31,923 bases of DNA, taken from the NCBI GenBank assembly GCA_043826435.1, contig JBDRQF010000003.1, positions 1 through 31,923 of the forward strand, written 5' to 3'. The DNA comes from Elusimicrobiota bacterium (GTDB taxonomy: Bacteria > Elusimicrobiota > Endomicrobiia > CG1-02-37-114 > JAHJSO01). Shown one piece after another: positions 8,336 through 16,834 of the stretch (the first letter of the stretch is position 1; each line of letters begins with the position of its first letter). The notes under the pieces were generated by a model. That model did no database searches. It worked only from the letters and a program-made list of their open reading frames with translations, and was not told the origin of the DNA. Position numbers and translations under genes: made by a program.

Positions 8336-8561
8336 CCGCCGAAGGCGGGGTCGCAAAAGTTTCTGTGTCAGTATAAGGATAACTATGAGATATAAAACTG
8401 TGAAAGAAAAAGTTTCAGATAAACCGAAAATAAAAAATACAGCAGTAAAAGAGACGAGTTTGAAAAGCAAATCGGTAATAGAAATACCAGCTAAAACCAT
8501 AGAACTAAAACTTTTCAATAATGTCCAATTTATTTATGAATTACATTTGGCAAAATTAGAA
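8336..8561 (+). repeat. 226-bp direct repeat, copy 2; begins with hairpin CCGCC-GAA-GGCGG
   Basis: Matches 5331-5556. Confidence 0.95.
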
Positions 8562-9647
8562 TTAGAATCATTTGGATTAGATGTTAGAATTACAAATGGG
8601 TTAAGAAAGGTTTTAACAAACTGCGATTACGAGATGATAGAAACATTGCGACATAGAACAGCATATTTCGAAAAAGTTAATGGGAAAATTAGTGATTATT
8701 TTTATATTCAACAAAAAAATCAAACCCGGTCAGTAAACCAATATTTGACTCATTGGTTTTATCCGTACAAAGGGAAATTTCATCCTCAAATGATTCGTGC
8801 CTTGCTGAATATTTTGCAGATTAAAAAAGGAGAAACAGTTTTAGATCCATTTGTTGGCAGCGGCACCGCTGCTTTGGAATCAATGCTTCTGGGCATAAAT
8901 TGTATTGGCTATGATATTTCATCTGTCTGTATTTTAATCTCCAAAAGCAAGACAGAATCAATTGTATCTGCCGATGAAATAATTGGTATGAGAGATTCTA
9001 TTCTATTTAGAGAGAAAAAAGTAGAAAAGTTGGGTGTGGGGAAAGCTAGAAATTTCTATAAGGTTGCAGAACTTATTGCTCATAGTGATAGTTCTCGTAG
9101 AGGAAGGAATTTTAATCAGGCATTTAAAGAAAATGTAGCAAAAATGGTTAATTCTCTCAAAGATTTTAAGGAAATAAAAGAAAAACTTGATTTGGAACTT
9201 GGAGAAATTAAAATAGAAAAAAAAGATGCTCGGAATTTACCGTTGGAAAATGATAGCATAGATGGAATAATAACTTCGCCGCCGTATTCAATTGCTCTTA
9301 ACTATGTTGAAAATGATGCTCATTCATTGGTGGCTCTTGGGTATGACCTGAAAAAAGTTAAGGATGACTTTATTGGTGTTCGTGGAACTGGTTTTGAAAA
9401 ATTTGAACTTTACGAAGATGATATGAAAAAAGCATATAGTGAAATGTATCGTGTATTAAAACCCGGGAAATATTGTGCTATTGTAATTGGTAATGTAACT
9501 TATCAAGGGCAAGAGGTAAATACAACCCAAAATGTTATTGATTATTGCCAAAGTATCGGTTTTTCGTTGGAAAGAAAAATAGAAAAAATAATTTTCGGCC
9601 TATATAATGTGATGCTGAAAGAATATATTCTGATATTTAAAAAGTAA
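8385..9647 (+). CDS. Amino-DNA methyltransferase, probably N4-cytosine, alpha motif order
   Basis: THWFYPYKGKF, VLDPFVGSGT (motif I) before ITSPPY (motif IV). Confidence 0.88.
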   Translation: MRYKTVKEKVSDKPKIKNTAVKETSLKSKSVIEIPAKTIELKLFNNVQFIYELHLAKLELESFGLDVRITNGLRKVLTNCDYEMIETLRHRTAYFEKVNGKISDYFYIQQKNQTRSVNQYLTHWFYPYKGKFHPQMIRALLNILQIKKGETVLDPFVGSGTAALESMLLGINCIGYDISSVCILISKSKTESIVSADEIIGMRDSILFREKKVEKLGVGKARNFYKVAELIAHSDSSRRGRNFNQAFKENVAKMVNSLKDFKEIKEKLDLELGEIKIEKKDARNLPLENDSIDGIITSPPYSIALNYVENDAHSLVALGYDLKKVKDDFIGVRGTGFEKFELYEDDMKKAYSEMYRVLKPGKYCAIVIGNVTYQGQEVNTTQNVIDYCQSIGFSLERKIEKIIFGLYNVMLKEYILIFKK

Positions 9648-9659
9648 CAAAAGAGAACG

Positions 9660-11468
9660 ATGAATCAAAAAATTAATTTTATTATTACAAGTAGATTGTT
9701 AGATCATATAGGACTTGCTATGTATAGCAGTTTACCCAAAGCTATTAGTGAACTTATCGCGAATTCTTACGATGCTGATGCCACAGAGGTTAAGGTCATA
9801 ATTCCTGAAGAGATAAACAAGGAAACTGAAATTGTTATTAGTGATAATGGAAATGGTATGAATGAGAATTTCATTAGAAACTCATATATGAAAATAGGTT
9901 CCGATAATAGAGAAGAAAAAGAAAAATCACCAAGATTTAAGAGACCATTAATTGGCAGTAAAGGAATTGGGAAATTATCTGGACTAGGGATAGCGAATGT
10001 TATGTATATAGAGACTGTTAATAATGGTAAGAAGTGCAAATTTGAAATAAATAGAAAAAACTTGGATGAAAAGGGAAAAAATCTTGAAGAAATTGGTATC
10101 CCACTAGTTGTTAAAAAAACGAAAGAATCAAATGGCACAGTTATTTATTTAAGAGAACCTTTATCACATATTTCTACAATGAGCAATGAAGAACTAAGAT
10201 CTTTTTTTGTTAAAGAATTTGGCTTCCCCAAGAATTTTTCTATATTTGTTAATGGGCAGAGATATAGCCCCGAAGATATTCCGGGTAAGAAAATAGAGAT
10301 CAGGGATAAGGTAGATAAATATGGCGAAGTGTTTGGAAAAATTACCATAGCAAAGGAACCCAAAGATGTTAAAAAACCAGCGGGTATAATAACAAAAGTT
10401 AGAGGAAGAAGAGTTAGGGGGCCTGAATTATTTGATATTAATTCTCATGGGCACCGATATCAAGTTGCTGAAAGAATAATTGGAGAAATTGAAGTTCCCT
10501 TTTTCGATCCAGAAGAATCTGAAAAATCTAAAGATAAATTGGATAAATTTATTATTTCAACAAGTAGAGATGGGTTTAATCTAAACCATCCCAAATTTAT
10601 TGCTTATAAAAATTGGATAGAGAATAAATTAATTGAAATTAGTAGAAATCTTGAAAATGAACAATCCGAAGAGAGGCGAAGAAAATTTTTGCAAAATAAA
10701 AATGTGCAAAATACTCTCAAAAAATTACCTAAAGAAATACAGGGGAAAATAGTAAAATTAATTGAGGAGGTTATTCCTAAACTTAATGAGTTATCACAAA
10801 AAGATGCTATTATAGTTATGGATTTACTTATAAAGTCAATAGGATCAAATGAAATTATCGGAATATTGAGAAAACTTGGAGAAGCAGATGTAAAAGACAT
10901 TCAAAAATTGGCACATATTCTGGAAGAATGGGGGATATATGAAATAAGTTCTACGACAGAGCATATAAAAAATAGATTATTGATTATAGATAAATTTGAA
11001 GAAGTTATAAAAGATATTAACTCATTAGAATATGAAGACATTCACAAATTACTAGAAAAAAATTTATGGCTATTAAATGATAATTACACTATATATTCAA
11101 GTAATGCTTCACTGAAAACCGTATTGGCAAACAAGATAAGTAAAAAATTCAGAAAACATGAAAGCGATAGACCTGACTTAATTGTAAAAACTTCAAGCAG
11201 AAAAGTGCTTATTATTGAATTAAAGAGGCCGTCTCATAAAATTACTTCAAAAGATTTTGCACAAGTAAGCGAGTACAAAAATATAATCAAAGCAAATCAA
11301 CCAAATGCAGAATTATTGGAGAGTTATCTTATTGGCAATGAATTTGACGAAGCGGTTAGAAATCCAGAGTATGAGAAGATAGGAGTATTTTTAAAAAGTT
11401 ATTCAGAAATTTTACAAGAAGCAAAAGAAAGGTACGGGGAAATACTGAATATTTTAAAGGAAAAATAA
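9660..11468 (+). CDS. GHKL/MORC-type ATPase fused to a C-terminal PD-(D/E)XK nuclease domain
   Basis: ELIANSYDADA, DNGNGM, GSKGIGKL, NGT motifs; helical middle; RPDLIV...IIELKRP...Q..EY. Confidence 0.85.
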   Translation: MNQKINFIITSRLLDHIGLAMYSSLPKAISELIANSYDADATEVKVIIPEEINKETEIVISDNGNGMNENFIRNSYMKIGSDNREEKEKSPRFKRPLIGSKGIGKLSGLGIANVMYIETVNNGKKCKFEINRKNLDEKGKNLEEIGIPLVVKKTKESNGTVIYLREPLSHISTMSNEELRSFFVKEFGFPKNFSIFVNGQRYSPEDIPGKKIEIRDKVDKYGEVFGKITIAKEPKDVKKPAGIITKVRGRRVRGPELFDINSHGHRYQVAERIIGEIEVPFFDPEESEKSKDKLDKFIISTSRDGFNLNHPKFIAYKNWIENKLIEISRNLENEQSEERRRKFLQNKNVQNTLKKLPKEIQGKIVKLIEEVIPKLNELSQKDAIIVMDLLIKSIGSNEIIGILRKLGEADVKDIQKLAHILEEWGIYEISSTTEHIKNRLLIIDKFEEVIKDINSLEYEDIHKLLEKNLWLLNDNYTIYSSNASLKTVLANKISKKFRKHESDRPDLIVKTSSRKVLIIELKRPSHKITSKDFAQVSEYKNIIKANQPNAELLESYLIGNEFDEAVRNPEYEKIGVFLKSYSEILQEAKERYGEILNILKEK

Positions 11469-11472
11469 TTCT

Positions 11473-12147
11473 ATGAAAAACGAACAATATATCTATAAAC
11501 TTGAAAATGTTATCAAGCAAATGCTCCAACCTTTAAGAGATATACCTTTTAATCTCGTAATAGAAACGATGACGGGCAAAAAAGTTATTTCTTTTGATTT
11601 TAAAAACAACGAACATAAAAAGGTAGTAGATTTACTAAAGCAATCAGCGTTAAACGCGGGGAAAGAGATAAATAAAACAGGAATTTTGAGACCAAGACCA
11701 AACGAAGTTGGGAATGATATTGAACCATATGTAAAAAAGACGTTAAATATGTTGAATTTAAGTGCAGATACTCCGACTGTCCCAAGCGGGAACAAAAAAT
11801 CTACAGGTTATCCCGATATAATTTTTTGGTTTGATAAAAAACCGTATTATCTTGAATGTAAAACTTACAACATAGAAAATATAGAAACCACACAGAGAAG
11901 TTTTTATTTTTCGCCCTCTGATGAATTTAAAGTTATATACGATGCGCCCCATTTTTTAATGTCGTTTGAAATTTATGTTGCCGGTGAGCAAAGAGATAAA
12001 CATATTTATAAATGTAAACACTATAAAATAATATCAATAGAATCTTTATCTTTGGATGTGAAATACGAATTTAATTCTGACAACAAGAGGATGTATTCAG
12101 GTAAAGATGGAACAGTTATTTTAGCAGAGGGAGATATACTAATATGA
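11473..12147 (+). CDS. Putative type II restriction endonuclease (PD-(D/E)XK)
   Basis: [15 protein letters not shown]...YLECKT; located in the MTase operon. Confidence 0.7.
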   Translation: MKNEQYIYKLENVIKQMLQPLRDIPFNLVIETMTGKKVISFDFKNNEHKKVVDLLKQSALNAGKEINKTGILRPRPNEVGNDIEPYVKKTLNMLNLSADTPTVPSGNKKSTGYPDIIFWFDKKPYYLECKTYNIENIETTQRSFYFSPSDEFKVIYDAPHFLMSFEIYVAGEQRDKHIYKCKHYKIISIESLSLDVKYEFNSDNKRMYSGKDGTVILAEGDILI

Positions 12148-13649
12148 AAAAACTTTTACTAATTTTTATGGGTGGAGACAGAAACCTTGAAGACGCGCTG
12201 AAATCGTCCAAACTTCTTGCTGAAAAATATGAAACGAAAGCGCTCCTCACAAAAAGCGCCCAGCAGGTAATAGGCGCCGACAGGGTGAGACAATCAGGCG
12301 GGGTTTCAAACATCATTCTGGACGACGCTAAACAAAACCCGGTAGAACTCTCCAGCTGGCCGGAGATACTTGCGGTGCCGGTGCTTACGCTGAACGGCCT
12401 CAGCAAGCTTGCAATGCTCCAGGCGGACTCGCTACATTCAAACGTTATAGTGGGATGTCTTGAAAGGAATATCCCTGTGGTTGTAGCGAGGGACTCTGTC
12501 TGGTGTTCCTGTCTTCCGGAGCCGTCTCACGGCAGTCCCCTTTACAGGAAGGCGGAGGAATACTTTGCACAACTTAAATCATTGGGAATACATGTTACGA
12601 CAGCGAAAAATCTGGCAAGGGATGTTATGAATATTTTCCCGGCCGTATCAAGCGAGGATAAAAGTTTCACCGTTACATACGGCAGCTCGGGTAAGGCATT
12701 TGAACCCTCCAGGATGAAAACAACTATGGGGAGTTCCGGGAAATCATTTGAACCGTCAACAATGCCTACCACATACGGAACTTCAGGCAAGGTTTTCTCC
12801 ACGCCGGTTGCAAAACCAGGGGCAATAATAGCCGACACGTGCCCCGCGTTTAAGGAGGGTGTGGAGTGTTCCTCCTGTGGCAAATGCATTGAAAAAAAGC
12901 CGTCTTCAACCGAAGCGGTACTGAAAGCGGGTGCGGACAGGATATCCGTAATGTCGTCGACCGCGGAGTCATTGACGGACATCGGTAGAAAAATAGGGTC
13001 GCTTATTGACCACACGTTGCTCAAGGCGAATGCCACGCAGGAAGAAATAGGGAAACTCTGCGAGGAGGCAAGAAAATTTAAGTTCGCCTCCGTCTGCATT
13101 AATCCTGCGTATGTCTCAATGTGCGCCCAGTTGCTTAAAGGCAGCGGCGTCAGGGTCTGCACGGTGGTAGGTTTCCCGCTGGGAGCCACGACACCCACCG
13201 CGAAAGCGATTGAGTCAAGGGACGCCGTCGCAAACGGGGCGGATGAAATAGATATGGTTATAAACATCGGCGCGCTTAAATCAGGGAATCATCAACTTGT
13301 TTTAGAGGATATAAAGGCAATCAGGGAGGCGACAAAAGGAAAGTTGCTGAAGGTCATCCTTGAGACCGCCTATCTCACGAAAGAAGAAAAAATAAAGGGG
13401 TGTCTCCTGTCAAAAGAGGCGGGGGCTGACTTTGTAAAAACGTCAACCGGGTTTGGACCGAGCGGTGCGACCGTTGAAGATGTGCGGCTTATGAGAGAGG
13501 TCGTTGGTCCTTCAATCGGAGTTAAGGCGGCGGGTGGTATTCGCAGTACGGAGGACGCGAGGAAAATGGTGGAGGCGGGCGCTACAAGAATTGGTGCATC
13601 CGCTTCAGTATCAATTGTTACTGGGAAAAAAGCAGAAACAAAATATTAA
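12144..13649 (+). CDS. deoC: Deoxyribose-phosphate aldolase with N-terminal flavoprotein-like domain, repeat linker and Cys cluster
   Basis: [48 protein letters not shown]; about 280-aa N-terminal extension. Confidence 0.93.
   Translation: MKKLLLIFMGGDRNLEDALKSSKLLAEKYETKALLTKSAQQVIGADRVRQSGGVSNIILDDAKQNPVELSSWPEILAVPVLTLNGLSKLAMLQADSLHSNVIVGCLERNIPVVVARDSVWCSCLPEPSHGSPLYRKAEEYFAQLKSLGIHVTTAKNLARDVMNIFPAVSSEDKSFTVTYGSSGKAFEPSRMKTTMGSSGKSFEPSTMPTTYGTSGKVFSTPVAKPGAIIADTCPAFKEGVECSSCGKCIEKKPSSTEAVLKAGADRISVMSSTAESLTDIGRKIGSLIDHTLLKANATQEEIGKLCEEARKFKFASVCINPAYVSMCAQLLKGSGVRVCTVVGFPLGATTPTAKAIESRDAVANGADEIDMVINIGALKSGNHQLVLEDIKAIREATKGKLLKVILETAYLTKEEKIKGCLLSKEAGADFVKTSTGFGPSGATVEDVRLMREVVGPSIGVKAAGGIRSTEDARKMVEAGATRIGASASVSIVTGKKAETKY
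12669..12806 (+). repeat. Three tandem 16-codon repeats within the DeoC linker
   Basis: [16 protein letters not shown] / [16 protein letters not shown] / [14 protein letters not shown]. Confidence 0.92.
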
Positions 13650-13697
13650 AATTTAAAAGATCTAAAAAGTATATCAAGCATTAATGCCTGGGGAAAA

Positions 13698-14018
13698 ATG
13701 GATATTGAGACAATTAGAGATTGTGCGATAAATCTGAAATTTTCATCACATGCACGAGATGAAATGCTTTATGAAGAACACGGTGTTATTCGTGAACAGG
13801 AAATAAAAGAAGCGATACAATCAGGAGAAATAATTGAGCAATATTCTTTGGATAGACCTTGTCCAAGTTTTCTTATTTACGGTCAAACATTGAAAAAACG
13901 GCCACTACATATAGTTTGTGCACCCGTTGAACAAGAGAGGACATTGATAATAATTACAATATATCAACCCGACCCATCACTATGGATTGATTATAGAAAA
14001 AGGAGGACAAAGGTATGA
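13698..14018 (+). CDS. DUF4258-family putative toxin
   Basis: FSSHARDEM, GEIIEQY, LIYG...RPLHIVC, IITIYQPDP..W. Confidence 0.85.
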   Translation: MDIETIRDCAINLKFSSHARDEMLYEEHGVIREQEIKEAIQSGEIIEQYSLDRPCPSFLIYGQTLKKRPLHIVCAPVEQERTLIIITIYQPDPSLWIDYRKRRTKV

Positions 14019-14242
14019 AGTGCGCACTTTGTGGGGGTAATTTGTCTAATCAACAGGTAATTGAAGAAGTAATTGAAGGGACAAAACATGTGATTGTAAA
14101 AGTGAATGCGGGAGTATGTGAAAATTGCCATGAGAGGTATTATCCTTCTGGCGTAATTGATAAATTGATTGATATTAAAGAAAGATTGAAAAGAAATAGA
14201 ATAAAATTACATCCAATCGGCAAAGTATATGAGACAGTGTAA
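14015..14242 (+). CDS. YgiT/MqsA-type zinc-finger protein (putative antitoxin)
   Basis: MKCALCGG ... VCENCHERYY; ATGA-coupled to the DUF4258 gene. Confidence 0.85.
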   Translation: MKCALCGGNLSNQQVIEEVIEGTKHVIVKVNAGVCENCHERYYPSGVIDKLIDIKERLKRNRIKLHPIGKVYETV

Positions 14243-14273
14243 ATATTATATCCTCAACAATAGAGAGAAAGAA

Positions 14274-14834
14274 GTGATTAAAAAATTTGTTTGTGGTGTT
14301 TTATCAAGTTTTATTGTTATAGTTATTATATTGCAGGGTTGTGCCCCGTCTCTCAGAATGGATTTGTTGAAGAGTTACCCACCGATAAATTATGATATTC
14401 CTATTCGTGTGTATTCTATTTACCAACCAGTACCACAAGACAATGAAGAATTGGGAATTGTAAAAATTGATGATACAGGTTTTTCTGTAAACTGTACATA
14501 TAAACAGGTTGTAGAAATAGCAAAAGAGAAGGCAAGGGCTGTGGGAGGAAATGCTATTCATATAATACAAATTAAAGAGCCAGACGGATGGAGTAGCACC
14601 TGTTATAGAATTACCGCTCGAATTTTAAGAGTTAGAACCATGGAACCTGTAATGAGGGATGTAGATGAAAAGCAAGTGGTTTTACCAAAAGACCCCCCCA
14701 AAAACCCAGTAGAAACAGTAAATTTTGTTGATATTGAAACCGGTAAAATAGTTAAATCATATGACCAGAAAGCAAAAGATGTGGATGAACTTCGGCTTGC
14801 ATGTAAAAAACTTGCCGAACAACTTTCCCGGTGA
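14274..14834 (+). CDS. Lipoprotein, YbjQ/RcsF-like domain plus a short CsgG-like tail
   Basis: Probable GTG start at 14274; lipobox LQGC; AKEKARAVGGNAI; tail FVDIETGKIV. Confidence 0.6.
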   Translation: MIKKFVCGVLSSFIVIVIILQGCAPSLRMDLLKSYPPINYDIPIRVYSIYQPVPQDNEELGIVKIDDTGFSVNCTYKQVVEIAKEKARAVGGNAIHIIQIKEPDGWSSTCYRITARILRVRTMEPVMRDVDEKQVVLPKDPPKNPVETVNFVDIETGKIVKSYDQKAKDVDELRLACKKLAEQLSR

Positions 14835-14950
14835 AAAAAGTCGGAAGGGAAATATTAATTTATACTAAAAATAATTGTCGTGTGCGAGTGCCGTGGATTG
14901 GATAATGAGCACATGACTTGCGAAGGGCGAAGCCCAGGGGGTAAAATTTT

Positions 14951-15262
14951 ATGGCAGAGAGAGAAGATGAAATTCTGAAAGAAGCGCTCGGTATGATTGA
15001 GACGAGGGGACTGGTCGGCATGCTTGAGGCGACCGATGCAATGGTGAAGGCGGCCAAGGTCCGCCTGGTGGGTTATGAAAAGATAGGTTCAGGGCTGGTC
15101 ACCACGTTGGTGCGGGGCGAGGTAGGTGCCGTTCGCGCAGCCGTTGAAGCGGGTTCGTCTGCAGCCCAGAAGGTGGGCGAACTTGTATCCGTGCACGTTA
15201 TCCCGCGGCCGCATGACTTTATGGAAAAAGTCCTCACAAAGATAGAAAAGGATTTTGACTGA
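14951..15262 (+). CDS. BMC-H hexamer shell protein (PduA/EutM-like)
   Basis: [43 protein letters not shown]. Confidence 0.97.
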   Translation: MAEREDEILKEALGMIETRGLVGMLEATDAMVKAAKVRLVGYEKIGSGLVTTLVRGEVGAVRAAVEAGSSAAQKVGELVSVHVIPRPHDFMEKVLTKIEKDFD

Positions 15263-15388
15263 CGCGCTTCCTCATCCTAAATGTTGCGACTGCGTTTACG
15301 GATGGGGGCACGAGGATGTTGTCCGGACGGGTGTTTGTTGCCCGCTGTTTGCTACCTGCCGTCCGCTATCGCAGAAAAAATTTAGACA

Positions 15389-15691
15389 ATGGTAAAAACT
15401 GAAGACATAGTTGACATTATTGAGGAGACAATCAGGAAAGGCCGATGGAAGAGCGCGGTGTCCGCCGGGGATGAGCCGCCCAAAAAGCATTACAGGGGGT
15501 TCTATATGGAGGAGAGGTTTATAAAAAGTTGGACTGCATTGCCCAAAGGTAGGCCCTTTATAAGCGAATACCAAGTGAGGGATTTAATAAAGGACGGGGC
15601 GAAAGAAATAAGGGTGCCCGGGAATGCAATAATAAGCCCGCTTGCCCAGGACACAATCCAGGAGAAAGGGATAAGAGTGGTTTTTGAGTAA
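15389..15691 (+). CDS. Small BMC-associated protein with a putative encapsulation peptide
   Basis: N-terminal amphipathic EDIVDIIEETIRK; C-terminal FISEYQV...AIISPLAQD...GIRV resembling the ITPLARD motif of small BMC-locus domains. Confidence 0.6.
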   Translation: MVKTEDIVDIIEETIRKGRWKSAVSAGDEPPKKHYRGFYMEERFIKSWTALPKGRPFISEYQVRDLIKDGAKEIRVPGNAIISPLAQDTIQEKGIRVVFE

Positions 15692-15727
15692 CGCGGTGTT
15701 TTGATAGCACCAAATCGGGGGGCTGTT

Positions 15728-16813
15728 ATGAACGTTCAGGAATTATTGAAACTTATGGTAAAGGCGGGCATTTCAGATATTCATTTCAAGGCGAACTCCG
15801 TACCGTTAATCCGTCTCCACGGCGAACTGATATCAACTGAATTTGAAAATATATCCGCAAAGAATATAGAACTTCTGGCAGACAGCCTTATGACAAAGGA
15901 ACAGAAAGAAAATTTTCTGGCTGAGAATGAACTTGACCTTTCATATTCCGTTGAGAACCTGGCAAGGTTCAGGGTGAATGTTTACCGCCAGAGGGGGACG
16001 CTTGCTCTGACGCTAAGGGTGGTGCCTTCAAGGATAAAAACATTTGAGGATTTAAACCTCCCCATTGAGACATTGAAAAAACTTTCAAATGAGCCGAGAG
16101 GGCTTATACTTGTTGCGGGTGTAACGGGCGCCGGGAAAACAACGACTTTGAATTCAATGCTGGACTATGTCAATACGAATTTTAGTTATAATATAATCAC
16201 GGTAGAAGACCCGATAGAATATTTTCATAAAGACAAGAAGTCCTCCATATCACAGAGGGAGGTCGGCTCGGATACGAAATCGTTCAAGAATGCGTTAAGG
16301 CATGTGCTCAGGCAGGACCCCGACGTGGTCGTGCTGGGTGAGATGAGGGAGTTTGAGGCGATTTCAGCCGGGATTACCGCCGCAGAGACGGGCCACCTTG
16401 TGATTTCCACGATCCATACGATTGACTCTGTCCAGACAATAGACCGCATAATTGATATGTATCCGGCTCACCAGCAGAACCAGGCGCGCACGCAACTTTC
16501 AAACGTTATAAAAGGCATAATTGCCCAGCGGTTGTGCAGTCGTTGCGATGCGGAAGGCCGCGCCCCTGTGACGGAAATTATGGTAGGCACTTCGCTTATC
16601 AGGAAACTCATACTGGAAAATAAAACACAGGAAATTTATAAAGCGATAGAGAAGGGCGAGTATTACGGCATGCATACTTTTGACCAGGACCTTTGCCGGT
16701 TATACAAGGAACAGAAGATCGCCGTTGACGAGGCGCTGGACAAGGCGACGAATCCGGAAGACCTGCAGTTGAAAATCAAAGGACTGTCACAGGGGTCGGC
16801 ATGCGAGGTATAA
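15728..16813 (+). CDS. pilT: PilT/PilU-family type IV pilus retraction ATPase
   Basis: SDIHF, RFRVNVYRQRG, GVTGAGKTTT, TVEDPIE, LRQDPDVVVLGEMR, AAETGHLVISTIH, GMHTFDQ. Confidence 0.92.
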   Translation: MNVQELLKLMVKAGISDIHFKANSVPLIRLHGELISTEFENISAKNIELLADSLMTKEQKENFLAENELDLSYSVENLARFRVNVYRQRGTLALTLRVVPSRIKTFEDLNLPIETLKKLSNEPRGLILVAGVTGAGKTTTLNSMLDYVNTNFSYNIITVEDPIEYFHKDKKSSISQREVGSDTKSFKNALRHVLRQDPDVVVLGEMREFEAISAGITAAETGHLVISTIHTIDSVQTIDRIIDMYPAHQQNQARTQLSNVIKGIIAQRLCSRCDAEGRAPVTEIMVGTSLIRKLILENKTQEIYKAIEKGEYYGMHTFDQDLCRLYKEQKIAVDEALDKATNPEDLQLKIKGLSQGSACEV

Positions 16814-16834
16814 CGAGCATAGGGGATAAACAGG

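Noticed and set aside
3528..12143. Complete DGR, integron, prophage or IS explaining the AT-rich island
   Set aside because: No reverse transcriptase, AAC-rich template repeat, integrase, transposase, attC-like array or phage genes were seen
12669..12806. CRISPR-like or DNA-level tandem repeat
   Set aside because: Conserved only at the peptide level, in frame, with no spacers and no cas genes
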